The notes under the pieces: generated by a model | Seen by the model: the letters and a program-made list of their open reading frames with translations, nothing else | Databases searched by the model: none | What the model was told of the DNA's origin: nothing | Virus record (IMG/VR): IMGVR_UViG_3300044724_001447 | DNA from: an uncultured virus (IMG/VR IMGVR_UViG_3300044724_001447) | Taxonomy: Duplodnaviria > Heunggongvirae > Uroviricota > Caudoviricetes | Reading direction: 5' to 3' (one strand) | Length of the DNA stretch: 64,000 nt | Made by a program: the position numbers and the translations under genes | Part shown: positions 38,035 through 46,278 of the stretch, one piece after another | Numbering within the stretch: the first letter of the stretch is position 1 | How the letters are laid out: each line of letters starts with the position of its first letter

Positions 38035-38310
38035 TTATTTGTTCTCCGTAGTTGTGGTAGTAAACCTTTCTATAACTTGATTTACTTCCGTTTTTAATTT
38101 CTTCATGTCATCTGAGTACTTAGCACCTTTTAATCCTGAAAAGTATAACATAGGTGATACATAACTACCATTAGCTGTTTGTATATATCTACGTTTTACA
38201 CCTCTACCTGCGCTAATAATACCATCATTTTCCATTTTATTGTAAGTGCTTTTGTCAATAACACCTTTATCTAACAAGTCTTTAGCTTGTCCTTCGGTTA
38301 ATTTACCCAT
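38035..38310 (-). CDS. Hypothetical protein
   Basis: RBS GGAGG; operon context. Confidence 0.65.
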   Translation of the reverse strand: MGKLTEGQAKDLLDKGVIDKSTYNKMENDGIISAGRGVKRRYIQTANGSYVSPMLYFSGLKGAKYSDDMKKLKTEVNQVIERFTTTTTENK

Positions 38311-38560
38311 TTTGTTTATCCTCCATAGGTTCTTCTATCGCATAGGATAGATAGCTTTGATTAATATTTAAATTAAGATGACTTTCTTTCTCTTTCATAA
38401 CAAAAGTTAACATAGGTTTACCGTGATATAATTTTGTACCAGTAAACGTAGCTTCACGAAATTCTTTGCCATCGTTTATACCTATTGTATACTTATTATG
38501 CAGTTTGTATATATCATCTCTAAAGTCAATTGCTTTACCTTCTACGTTAAGAGGTTTCAT
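38303..38560 (-). CDS. Hypothetical protein
   Basis: RBS AGGAGG; operon context. Confidence 0.65.
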   Translation of the reverse strand: MKPLNVEGKAIDFRDDIYKLHNKYTIGINDGKEFREATFTGTKLYHGKPMLTFVMKEKESHLNLNINQSYLSYAIEEPMEDKQNG

Positions 38561-39104
38561 GTTGCCTCCTTAGTTTAGCTATAGCACCTTTAAAGTTACC
38601 ATCGTGTATTTCTTTACCATCAATAGCTTTATTTATTTGCGTAGTAAGTTGAGCATTGTCTATTTTACCAAGTAAAGTAAGTAATTCATTCACTTGTTCT
38701 TTATTTAACGCTTCAGGCTCAGTTGGTAAATCTTCACCAGCATAGATATATAAACCTAATCCATGTAGTGCTATTGCTTTTGCTAAACAACGTTGTATTG
38801 AATTGTTTATTTGAAAAGCGTTAGGGTTATCTACACTTTTGTTTACATGGTCTAATACTGGATGCACTTGAGTTCTTCTTATTCCCTCTACATTTACTGA
38901 TACTTGTACAAATGCACCAGCCTCAGTACGCATATAAGGTGTTTCTACGCTGTTATCAAAGAAAGTATGTACTTCCCAAGTTGATTCTGGAAAGTGTTCT
39001 AATAATACTTTTACAGCCCAAGCCCAAGAAAGATATGTAAATTTACCTTTCTTTTCTGTATGCTCACTTACATCTATTTTACTTAACGTTTGAAATGCAC
39101 TCAT
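38547..39104 (-). CDS. Sak3/Rad52-like single-strand annealing protein (DUF1071)
   Basis: IDVSEHTEKKG..TYLSWAWA...IN.SIQRCLAKAIALHGLGLYIYAGEDLP. Confidence 0.88.
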   Translation of the reverse strand: MSAFQTLSKIDVSEHTEKKGKFTYLSWAWAVKVLLEHFPESTWEVHTFFDNSVETPYMRTEAGAFVQVSVNVEGIRRTQVHPVLDHVNKSVDNPNAFQINNSIQRCLAKAIALHGLGLYIYAGEDLPTEPEALNKEQVNELLTLLGKIDNAQLTTQINKAIDGKEIHDGNFKGAIAKLRRQHETS

Positions 39105-39282
39105 TTAAGTCCCCCCAATATTCATATAGTTCGTCAAAATTACTCATTATTTTTTTCCACTTATCTTTATCAAGACCAGCACTATTCCTAGCTTCAGGAC
39201 TAAACATATTATATTGTCCATCTTGTCTTACCTCAAGAAAAGCTATCCATTCATCTTTAGTTACTTTATTTTTTTCTTCCAC
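39079..39282 (-). CDS. Small phage protein (DUF5049-like)
   Basis: VR..G.YNMF motif. Confidence 0.55.
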   Translation of the reverse strand: MEEKNKVTKDEWIAFLEVRQDGQYNMFSPEARNSAGLDKDKWKKIMSNFDELYEYWGDLNECISNVK

Positions 39283-39461
39283 GATTTATCTCCTCCATCT
39301 TTATCTAAACTAATCTGTAAAAGTTTTAATCTTATAGGTATTACTGCAGACATATTACATACACTACAACATCTACCTGTCATTATTGGTTCAGCGTTGT
39401 GTCCGTATGGGTCATCTAATATACCTTCACACAAACAACAATGCGTTTCTTCTTTGCTCAT
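39261..39461 (-). CDS. Small Cys-rich zinc-binding protein
   Basis: C.LC...GHN.EP...GRCC..CN..VIP.R. Confidence 0.7.
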   Translation of the reverse strand: MSKEETHCCLCEGILDDPYGHNAEPIMTGRCCSVCNMSAVIPIRLKLLQISLDKDGGDKSWKKKIK

Positions 39462-39469
39462 TTTTTCTC

Positions 39470-40219
39470 CTAAATATTATACAATCCAGGACAATATTTA
39501 CCTTGAAACTCACAATACTTACATTCCCAGTTATATACTGGAACATTCTGCTCACCTGGATTTAATTCTTCAGGTTTACCTGCAATACTATCAGAAGTTT
39601 CATTTAAATCTGTCCAATAATTAAACGCTTCTTCAAGATATAATTCACTAATCTTTTCTTCACGCATCATTGAATTGTCTTTGTTATACCACATAATAGA
39701 TAGTCTTAAATCAGTAATATCTTTTTCATTACCTAATCCTATTGCATAAGTAGCTAATTGTAATTCGTAGTTTACACTTGGATTTTTGTCTGGATTTCTA
39801 CCAAACTTCATACGCCATTTCCAAGCACCTGCGGTTTTAATATCATATACATGTATCATTTCACCTTCTAGGTTTACTACACCGACATCTAAGTGTCCTA
39901 CAACCATGAGTTCTGGTATCTCTATTCTATGTTCTGTTAGTACTTGAATCTCATCTGGTTTATCTACACGTTCTTCAATGTCAAAATCTTTTAATGCTTC
40001 TTCAAAATCAGCGTGTACTAATGTACCTAATCTTAAAAGTCTAGCACTTTTTTCATCCATAGGGTCAAGCTTTAAGTCTTGTCTTCTATGTAATTGCTTC
40101 CTATAACAACTACCTGCGCTACTAGCTGAAAACCACCCTTTATATTTTTCATATTTTTTACGATTTTCTACACTTTTACGTTGCAAGTATTCGTTATATA
40201 TTTTTGGTATGTCTATCAT
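39470..40219 (-). CDS. Cas4-like PD-(D/E)XK exonuclease with Fe-S cysteines
   Basis: SASS.G.C.RK, GT.VH, GHLD, DIKT, QL..Y, CKYC.....C. Confidence 0.85.
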   Translation of the reverse strand: MIDIPKIYNEYLQRKSVENRKKYEKYKGWFSASSAGSCYRKQLHRRQDLKLDPMDEKSARLLRLGTLVHADFEEALKDFDIEERVDKPDEIQVLTEHRIEIPELMVVGHLDVGVVNLEGEMIHVYDIKTAGAWKWRMKFGRNPDKNPSVNYELQLATYAIGLGNEKDITDLRLSIMWYNKDNSMMREEKISELYLEEAFNYWTDLNETSDSIAGKPEELNPGEQNVPVYNWECKYCEFQGKYCPGLYNI

Positions 40220-40234
40220 GAATCCTCCTCATAG

Positions 40235-40263
40235 AATATAATGATTTATCAGGTTATAGTCAA
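40235..40263 (-). promoter_or_regulatory. Sigma70-like promoter for the recombination/replication genes
   Basis: TTGACT-17 nt-TATATT, then RBS GAGGAGG and ATG. Confidence 0.7.
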
Positions 40264-40344
40264 TACCTTTTCAGGCTATAGAGGGCTGTTGTTCTGGAGA
40301 ACTGAACCATTTAACTCTTTACTCAAAGAGCACCTATCTATTAC

Positions 40345-40599
40345 CTAATTAACTAATCTTCTATATTCGTATAGTAATTGATTATTATTTTGAGTGTCTT
40401 CTAACACGTATCTACCAAAAGACTTATTATTTTTGTGTTCTTTTTTAGTATCAATGTCAAAACCCTCTTCCCTTAATCTAAATATGATTGCACTTAATCT
40501 TGTAGCACTATATTTTTGAAATGCTTCCATAGATGTAATGTTACCATGTCTTTTTAGATGTCCGAGAATACGCAATGTTTGAGTCTTATCTCTTAACAT
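40345..40599 (-). CDS. Winged helix-turn-helix protein
   Basis: IL.HL...G.ITS.EA...Y..TRLSA.IF.LR..G..I. Confidence 0.8.
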   Translation of the reverse strand: MLRDKTQTLRILGHLKRHGNITSMEAFQKYSATRLSAIIFRLREEGFDIDTKKEHKNNKSFGRYVLEDTQNNNQLLYEYRRLVN

Positions 40600-41213
40600 A
40601 TTGAAAATCCTCCTGATTGTTTTGCAAAGTTAATGAAAGCAATGACATTGTCTTTGTGAAATGGGTAACTACTAGCCCAATCTCTTTTATCATAAATCTC
40701 ATCATACTTTTTTTTGTAATTATCTGGGTATATAGCTGGGTAAATATCAGGATTACCTGTTTCTAACACAACTATCTTTTTTAGTTCTTCTAGTTCAGCA
40801 TCGACTTGTTTATTATTACGCTTAGCTTGTTCTAAGCTGTCCATGTGTTCTTGAATCCACAATTTAGTTTCTTCTGTTTCAATAACATCCTCAAGTTTTA
40901 CAGCTATTGCTTCAGCCTTTCTTTTAGATATTACGTATGAATCATTATAACAACCACCGTTCATATCTTCTTGATTTAGTATGTCTTCACAATGCTCGCA
41001 AACAAATGACCATAAAGGTCTCCACCACCATACATTATTTCTAAAATATGCACCTGGATTTGCATCCTCGTACTTTGTCATTAAATTAAAATATTCATCA
41101 CTCACTTCTTTTTCTTCACGTTCTTTATAAGACATAGAAGAAAGTTCATTCCATCTTTTCTGATGCTTGAACTCATTTTGTACTGGATTTTCACCATATA
41201 AATCAAATCCCAT
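40593..41213 (-). CDS. Hypothetical phage early protein
   Basis: MGFDLYG...YFRNNVWWWRPLW...F...SGGF.IC. Confidence 0.75.
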   Translation of the reverse strand: MGFDLYGENPVQNEFKHQKRWNELSSMSYKEREEKEVSDEYFNLMTKYEDANPGAYFRNNVWWWRPLWSFVCEHCEDILNQEDMNGGCYNDSYVISKRKAEAIAVKLEDVIETEETKLWIQEHMDSLEQAKRNNKQVDAELEELKKIVVLETGNPDIYPAIYPDNYKKKYDEIYDKRDWASSYPFHKDNVIAFINFAKQSGGFSIC

Positions 41214-41215
41214 GT

Positions 41216-41389
41216 TTAGCTCCTTTTGCTTAGTGTATCTATTAATCTATCAAATCTATCTGCAATACGACCAAGTAATGTTTCACGTCTGTACTTTGCA
41301 TATGCTGATAATATTGCTCTACTTTTTCTATTATCCGTATCTTGAACTTTTAAATAGTATTCTTGATAAGGTTTAGGCGTATTTCTCAT
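41216..41389 (-). CDS. Hypothetical 57-aa protein
   Basis: RBS AAGGAG; below the track cutoff. Confidence 0.6.
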   Translation of the reverse strand: MRNTPKPYQEYYLKVQDTDNRKSRAILSAYAKYRRETLLGRIADRFDRLIDTLSKRS

Positions 41390-41398
41390 ATTTACTCC

Positions 41399-41926
41399 TT
41401 AAGGTTGAAATGCCCATGGTTTAACTGGAAACCATAGTCTTGCTTTATTTTTTAAAGTTCCATTTTTATTTATATCTTGATGAAAAATATAATAATTCTT
41501 CTTCAAAATAAATCTTGTATCAGTTTTAAATGGTATTACTCTAGTCTTTGGTATAAAGTAGTAAGGTTTACCATTCTGGTCTTCGTGCATAGATAACCAA
41601 GATACTTTAGTAAACTTCTTATCTATTATTCTCCACATCTGATAACGTGGTATAGTATGTAAGTTCCTATAATGTTTTCTATATTTCTTTACTTTATCAG
41701 TTACTACTATATTATCATCCCACATTGTATGAAACTTTTTTACTGAGTCTTCATAATAATCATTAGGAGTAATATGATATATATATCTATTACCAAACTT
41801 TACCATATAGTATAGATTATCATTTTTATCTTTAGTTTTTCTGCACCAAGCCATAGATTGTAATGCAGTATCATATCCATCACTACCAGACTCCATAAAT
41901 GGTGCTAATAAATCTTTCATGTCCAC
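41399..41926 (-). CDS. Hypothetical basic/aromatic protein
   Basis: 175-aa ORF, GTG start. Confidence 0.65.
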   Translation of the reverse strand: MDMKDLLAPFMESGSDGYDTALQSMAWCRKTKDKNDNLYYMVKFGNRYIYHITPNDYYEDSVKKFHTMWDDNIVVTDKVKKYRKHYRNLHTIPRYQMWRIIDKKFTKVSWLSMHEDQNGKPYYFIPKTRVIPFKTDTRFILKKNYYIFHQDINKNGTLKNKARLWFPVKPWAFQP

Positions 41927-41964
41927 CTTCTTTCTTTTATAATTATCTAAAATTATTTACGTAC

Positions 41965-42188
41965 ATTAAAATACGTCTATAGTAGGATTACGCATTGGGA
42001 AGCTATCCCCCTACAATACCTATAAGATACACCTGCGTCTCTTTTTTTAGGTATCTTGATTAGCATAGGTTTGCTCAGTCATTTGACCATTGCCTAACTA
42101 CTTGGATGTTCTTTTGGACACCCAATTGCCTCAAGGTGGATTATGCATGGTGTTACATTATTATCCACTAATATAGCCGTATTTTAAT
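41965..42188 (-). ncRNA. Candidate multibranch structured RNA
   Basis: Perfect 11-bp closing stem with at least four internal hairpins. Confidence 0.45.
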
Positions 42189-42279
42189 CACTTATATTTA
42201 CTACAAGGAAGTAGGAGAAGTGAACTAACTAATGGTATATATAATGGTTGCTTAGTCGCTCTACCTACTCCCTCATAAT

Positions 42280-42453
42280 TTAATTCTTGATAGTAAAATA
42301 CTCACGAAGGACATTATCAATTTCCTCCATAGTCATATCAGCATTAGCGTCACCATTCGCCACTAATAAAGATAATATAGTGAATACTACATTGTTATTA
42401 ATATATCCACTAGTCAATACATTACCAATTTCTTTTATTACTTCTCTATTCAT
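42280..42453 (-). CDS. Hypothetical 57-aa protein
   Basis: RBS GGAG; MNREVIKEIGN...EYFTIKN. Confidence 0.5.
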   Translation of the reverse strand: MNREVIKEIGNVLTSGYINNNVVFTILSLLVANGDANADMTMEEIDNVLREYFTIKN

Positions 42454-42726
42454 AGTTCACTCCATTTCATAGTTATATGTTTATTTAAAATATAGTTATT
42501 TGAGCCGTATTTCAGCCATATTGACCGCTTCAACCTTTCAGTAAGCTATGACATCGCAATGGCTGTTACAGGAGCTCTTTAAAGAGGATTTATGTTTATC
42601 CCCATGTTATCCACATAATGTGTATATATATGCGGGTGTTACCTCTCCTCCGATAATACGACTACTACTATCATATATACCACATATATGCATATATAAT
42701 ATATAATAATAGAATAATACTACAAG

Positions 42727-42759
42727 AAAAAAGGGTAGTTGATTAATGAAGTACTACCC
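42727..42759 (-). terminator. Intrinsic terminator after the first early gene
   Basis: On - strand GGGTAGT...ACTACCC followed by TTTTTT. Confidence 0.55.
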
Positions 42760-42772
42760 AGACTTCAGTACG

Positions 42773-43018
42773 CTACTGTTCAGTAACGTTAACACCAGTA
42801 GATGCTAGTACGTTTGTAAGCATACTAGACACTGCGGAGTTATCAGACATCTCAAGCTGATTACCGAACTCGATAATACTGTTGAAAGTTCTAAGAACAA
42901 CCCAGTCTGGCACTGGTCGTTTTGACACCTGCATCTGTCTTTGTAAAGAACCGATGTTGATAGCACAAAACTGTTGGAACAAAGCTAACTTAGCTTCGTC
43001 AGTAATAATCTTAGCCAT
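42773..43018 (-). CDS. First early gene, hypothetical
   Basis: RBS GGAGG. Confidence 0.7.
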   Translation of the reverse strand: MAKIITDEAKLALFQQFCAINIGSLQRQMQVSKRPVPDWVVLRTFNSIIEFGNQLEMSDNSAVSSMLTNVLASTGVNVTEQ

Positions 43019-43176
43019 TGATTACAACCTCCATGTTGGTTAATATAAAACTCGAATATAACTAAATAAGTATAATTCAAAAACCACCGAAGGGGGGTAC
43101 GGTGTGTGTATATAGGTCCATTTCAAAATGCTATATTTTTTCTTGGAAATAACATGGGTTATACATAAGTTATATT

Positions 43177-43359
43177 ATGACGTATACAACTAAAGACTTA
43201 GAAAAGACTGGTTTAACTGGTGTAGCTAGACGAGAAGCTGAATTAGCTGAACAAAGAGAACAAAAAATGCTTGAAGAAGCTGTCTTAGATATTTTAGCTG
43301 AAAAAGAACGAGCAGCTACCGAGTTAAAGAAAAAGAAAGTACCAAAGAAAAAGAAATAG
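43177..43359 (+). CDS. Hypothetical protein (possibly leaderless)
   Basis: Helical with Lys-rich tail; ATG directly after TATATT. Confidence 0.55.
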   Translation: MTYTTKDLEKTGLTGVARREAELAEQREQKMLEEAVLDILAEKERAATELKKKKVPKKKK

Positions 43360-43408
43360 AACTAGTTATATAACTTAGTTATCTGTTTAGTAGCTACTTG
43401 GTAGCTTA

Positions 43409-43437
43409 AAAATAAGGTGTTTTCTAAAGTTTGTCAA
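43409..43437 (-). promoter_or_regulatory. Sigma70-like promoter facing the early block
   Basis: TTGACA-17 nt-TATTTT on - strand. Confidence 0.45.
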
Positions 43438-43446
43438 GGAAAAACA

Positions 43447-43725
43447 ATGGGAATAGCAATAAAATGGCTAGGAAAGTTGCCGTATAAAGAACAAGTTAAA
43501 ATACTTGAGCATATACAAAAGCTTGTAAAGCTAGAAAAAATACTTATATCTGAAATAGAAGAAGAAGGCTACGTGCTAAATGAAATAGACGATATGGATG
43601 CAGCCGAGGGAACTAGTAGTGTACCTATAGAAATTAATGGAACAAAGTATTTTATACCTAAACAAGTCATGTTTTTGATTGAATCATTACATAAACAACT
43701 AGAAAAAAAGAATGCCACAAAGTAA
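43447..43725 (+). CDS. Hypothetical protein
   Basis: ATG 43447 with RBS AAGGA preferred. Confidence 0.6.
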   Translation: MGIAIKWLGKLPYKEQVKILEHIQKLVKLEKILISEIEEEGYVLNEIDDMDAAEGTSSVPIEINGTKYFIPKQVMFLIESLHKQLEKKNATK

Positions 43726-44488
43726 AGTTATCAAACGAGTACGTCATTACATTTACGATAATATTGAAGAATTTAAAGAAACTTATCCAATGACCCCTCT
43801 TGTTAAAGATTGGAGAAAAGGGCGAGAGGGCGATTGGGTACTTAGCGATGATGGGCGCATAATACAGTTATTAAAAGTATCTGAAAATCTGCACCATCCG
43901 AAGGATAGCAAAAACTATTCTAGTAATAATGGTTATGTCAGAACTATTGTTGGTACATTTATAAGAAGTGCAAAAACATATATGGATACCGATTTTGCCA
44001 AACACCCTAACAGATACACATTTTCACAAAAAATTAAAAATACAAACAAAAGAGTAAAACAACGCACGAAGTGTACCAATAAAGAAAAAATTTTTGCGAC
44101 TAGCGTCGCAGTTGGAAAGGATGCTGTAAGTGCTTATATGAAAGCGTTTACTGAAAAAAATCGTAATACTGCACGTAAAAAAGCAGTAATATTACTAAAA
44201 CAGGAGCGAGTAATGAGTGAAATAGAAAAAACTTCTAAAGAAGTAGCTAAAGAATTAGGCATTGACCACGCATACATATTAGGTTCGTTAAAACAACTAG
44301 CTGATACTAGTGAAGACCAAAATATAGCATTACAATCTATCAAAGAATTAGGTAAAGCTATAGGTACACTAGGCAATCAAGTCAAGAAAGTAGAAACGGG
44401 TGTCATAGGATTATTTCAAGGATTTAGTCCAGACGAAATAGAAGGTGCTCAACGCAAAATATTACCAGAAACAACACAGGAGGATTAA
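43712..44488 (+). CDS. Probable terminase small subunit with extra N-terminal domain
   Basis: C-terminal half KEKIFA....G.DA.SAY..AF......A...A..LLK..RV...I resembles TerS; upstream of TerL. Confidence 0.6.
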   Translation: MPQSKVIKRVRHYIYDNIEEFKETYPMTPLVKDWRKGREGDWVLSDDGRIIQLLKVSENLHHPKDSKNYSSNNGYVRTIVGTFIRSAKTYMDTDFAKHPNRYTFSQKIKNTNKRVKQRTKCTNKEKIFATSVAVGKDAVSAYMKAFTEKNRNTARKKAVILLKQERVMSEIEKTSKEVAKELGIDHAYILGSLKQLADTSEDQNIALQSIKELGKAIGTLGNQVKKVETGVIGLFQGFSPDEIEGAQRKILPETTQED

Positions 44489-45375
44489 TGGTTTGTCCAC
44501 ATTGTAGTAGTATGCTCACTAAAAAAGAGGGCAAGAAACGAAATAAAGATACTGTAAAGCAACAATTTAGTTGTAAGTCGTGTGGTAAATGGTTTTCTAT
44601 ACCAATACCTAGCGATGTAAAAGAGTATGACAAATTAGAAATAGAACCAGGCAAAATATTTGCTGTTAATAACGATGAAAAGCTTCGAGTACATGGATTG
44701 ACGGATGTACACGTAGGTGCTAACGAATTTGATATGAAAAAGTTCCAAGAAGCTATAAAAATTATTTACGAAGACCCAAATGCACGATGGTTTGGTAATG
44801 GTGATATGATAGAACTTATACCGCCAAATTATAATATTAATCAGCGTGGACAATGTATGTCTCCAGAACAACAATACTTAGCATTTTTAAAATTAGTACA
44901 ACCAATTGCTGATAAATGTTTGTTTATTCGTGGGGGTAATCACGATTATTTACGAAGTTTTAACATATTAGACTTTGACATTTGCAAAACATTAGCAAGT
45001 GAAATGGGTGTACCTTATTATAGATTACCTGGGTATGCACGTATTACTATTCAAGGTAAAGATTGGTATATGGTTAGTGGTCATGGTAAAAGTGGTGCTA
45101 AAAATGGTGATACTGAGTTAGATAAAATGGCATCAGTTTATAGTGATGGCGATGTATTTTTCTTAGGACACAATCACCAACTATATTGTAAACCTATAGA
45201 TTCTTTGACGATAGATAAAGAAGGTATGGAAACTTTAAAAAGAAAGTGGTATATTAGAGGAGGTTCATTTTTACGCTACGCAGATTATGCACGATATTCT
45301 TTTTACGGAATACAACGAACTGGGTGGATAACAATGGAATTTACTAAAGATAAAATAAACTGTTGGGAGAACTAA
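44488..45375 (+). CDS. Calcineurin-like metallophosphoesterase with N-terminal Zn ribbon
   Basis: CPHC...CKSC; DVH.G, GD..E, GNHD, GHG, GHNH. Confidence 0.85.
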   Translation: MVCPHCSSMLTKKEGKKRNKDTVKQQFSCKSCGKWFSIPIPSDVKEYDKLEIEPGKIFAVNNDEKLRVHGLTDVHVGANEFDMKKFQEAIKIIYEDPNARWFGNGDMIELIPPNYNINQRGQCMSPEQQYLAFLKLVQPIADKCLFIRGGNHDYLRSFNILDFDICKTLASEMGVPYYRLPGYARITIQGKDWYMVSGHGKSGAKNGDTELDKMASVYSDGDVFFLGHNHQLYCKPIDSLTIDKEGMETLKRKWYIRGGSFLRYADYARYSFYGIQRTGWITMEFTKDKINCWEN

Positions 45376-45376
45376 T

Positions 45377-45490
45377 ATGCCATATGGTAAAGGTACTTAC
45401 GGGAGTAAAAGAGGTAGACCATCAAAAAAAGCAAAAGCTGCAGGTAGAAAAAAAGGAATGAAACGTGTTAGTAAAAAAAAGAAAAAGTAA
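45377..45490 (+). CDS. Small highly basic protein (37 aa)
   Basis: MPYGKGTYGSKRGRPSKK...; below the track cutoff. Confidence 0.65.
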   Translation: MPYGKGTYGSKRGRPSKKAKAAGRKKGMKRVSKKKKK

Positions 45491-45644
45491 AAAGAAAGGT
45501 TTATACGCTAATATACACGCTAAACGTAAACGCATTAAAGCAGGTTCAGGTGAACGTATGAGAAAACCTGGAAGCAAAGGCGCTCCTACTGCAACAAATT
45601 TTAAAAGAGCCGCTAAAACTGCTAAAAAACGTAAAAAGAAATGA
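45465..45644 (+). CDS. Small highly basic protein (59 aa)
   Basis: KKGLYANIHAKRKRIKAGSGERMRKPGSKGAPT; start uncertain. Confidence 0.65.
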   Translation: MLVKKRKSKKKGLYANIHAKRKRIKAGSGERMRKPGSKGAPTATNFKRAAKTAKKRKKK

Positions 45645-45778
45645 GGGGATTACGCCCACAAATAGACAAGCATAGTAATGGCAAGAAAAAAACTAGGCAA
45701 GGTCAAAGTCATAGAACAAAATATGGAACTAAAGGTAGTAAAAATTATTATAAAAAACGTAGTAGAGGACAAGGATAA
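45641..45778 (+). CDS. Small highly basic protein (45 aa)
   Basis: KKTRQG...YYKKRSRGQG; ATGA and TAATG coupling on both sides. Confidence 0.65.
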   Translation: MRGLRPQIDKHSNGKKKTRQGQSHRTKYGTKGSKNYYKKRSRGQG

Positions 45779-46044
45779 TGGCTGTCAAAAAAGATTCTAG
45801 ATTAAAAAGAGCTGGTGTATCTGGTTATAATAAACCTAAACGTACTCCTAGTCACAAAACAAAATCACACATTGTTGTAGCTAAAGAAGGTAGTAAAATT
45901 AAAACTATTAGATTTGGTCAACAAGGCAAAACTGGTGATAGGACTATGACTAAAAGAGCTAAATCGTTTAAAGCTAGACATAGAAAAAATATTAAAAAAG
46001 GTAAGATGTCAGCAGCTTATTGGGCTAATAAAGTTAAATGGTAG
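45778..46044 (+). CDS. Basic phage protein (DUF6321-like)
   Basis: K.IRFGQQG...RAKSFKARH...SAAYWANKVKW. Confidence 0.75.
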   Translation: MAVKKDSRLKRAGVSGYNKPKRTPSHKTKSHIVVAKEGSKIKTIRFGQQGKTGDRTMTKRAKSFKARHRKNIKKGKMSAAYWANKVKW

Positions 46045-46050
46045 GAGATT

Positions 46051-46278
46051 ATGCCGATACAAAGAAAAGGGGTAAGTAAAGGTGATATGGTTCGTGCTAT
46101 AAAAGGTATTGAACTACATCTTATGCAACTTCAACAACACATTGTAATGATAGATAATATCTTAGATAAATATATCGTTATGAAAAAAGACAAAGACAAA
46201 TTCGTAGAGTTTATGGAAAATGAACATAAACAAGAACAACGTAAGCAAAGCAGAAAAAGCACTAAAACTAGCAAGTAA
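46051..46278 (+). CDS. Hypothetical protein
   Basis: RBS AGGAG; overlaps the TerL start. Confidence 0.6.
   Translation: MPIQRKGVSKGDMVRAIKGIELHLMQLQQHIVMIDNILDKYIVMKKDKDKFVEFMENEHKQEQRKQSRKSTKTSK

Noticed and set aside
39470..40219. CRISPR-Cas system
   Set aside because: Solo Cas4-like nuclease in a recombination cluster; no array or other cas genes
42620..42720. TA-rich tract as replication origin
   Set aside because: Only low-complexity AT sequence; no iterons identified
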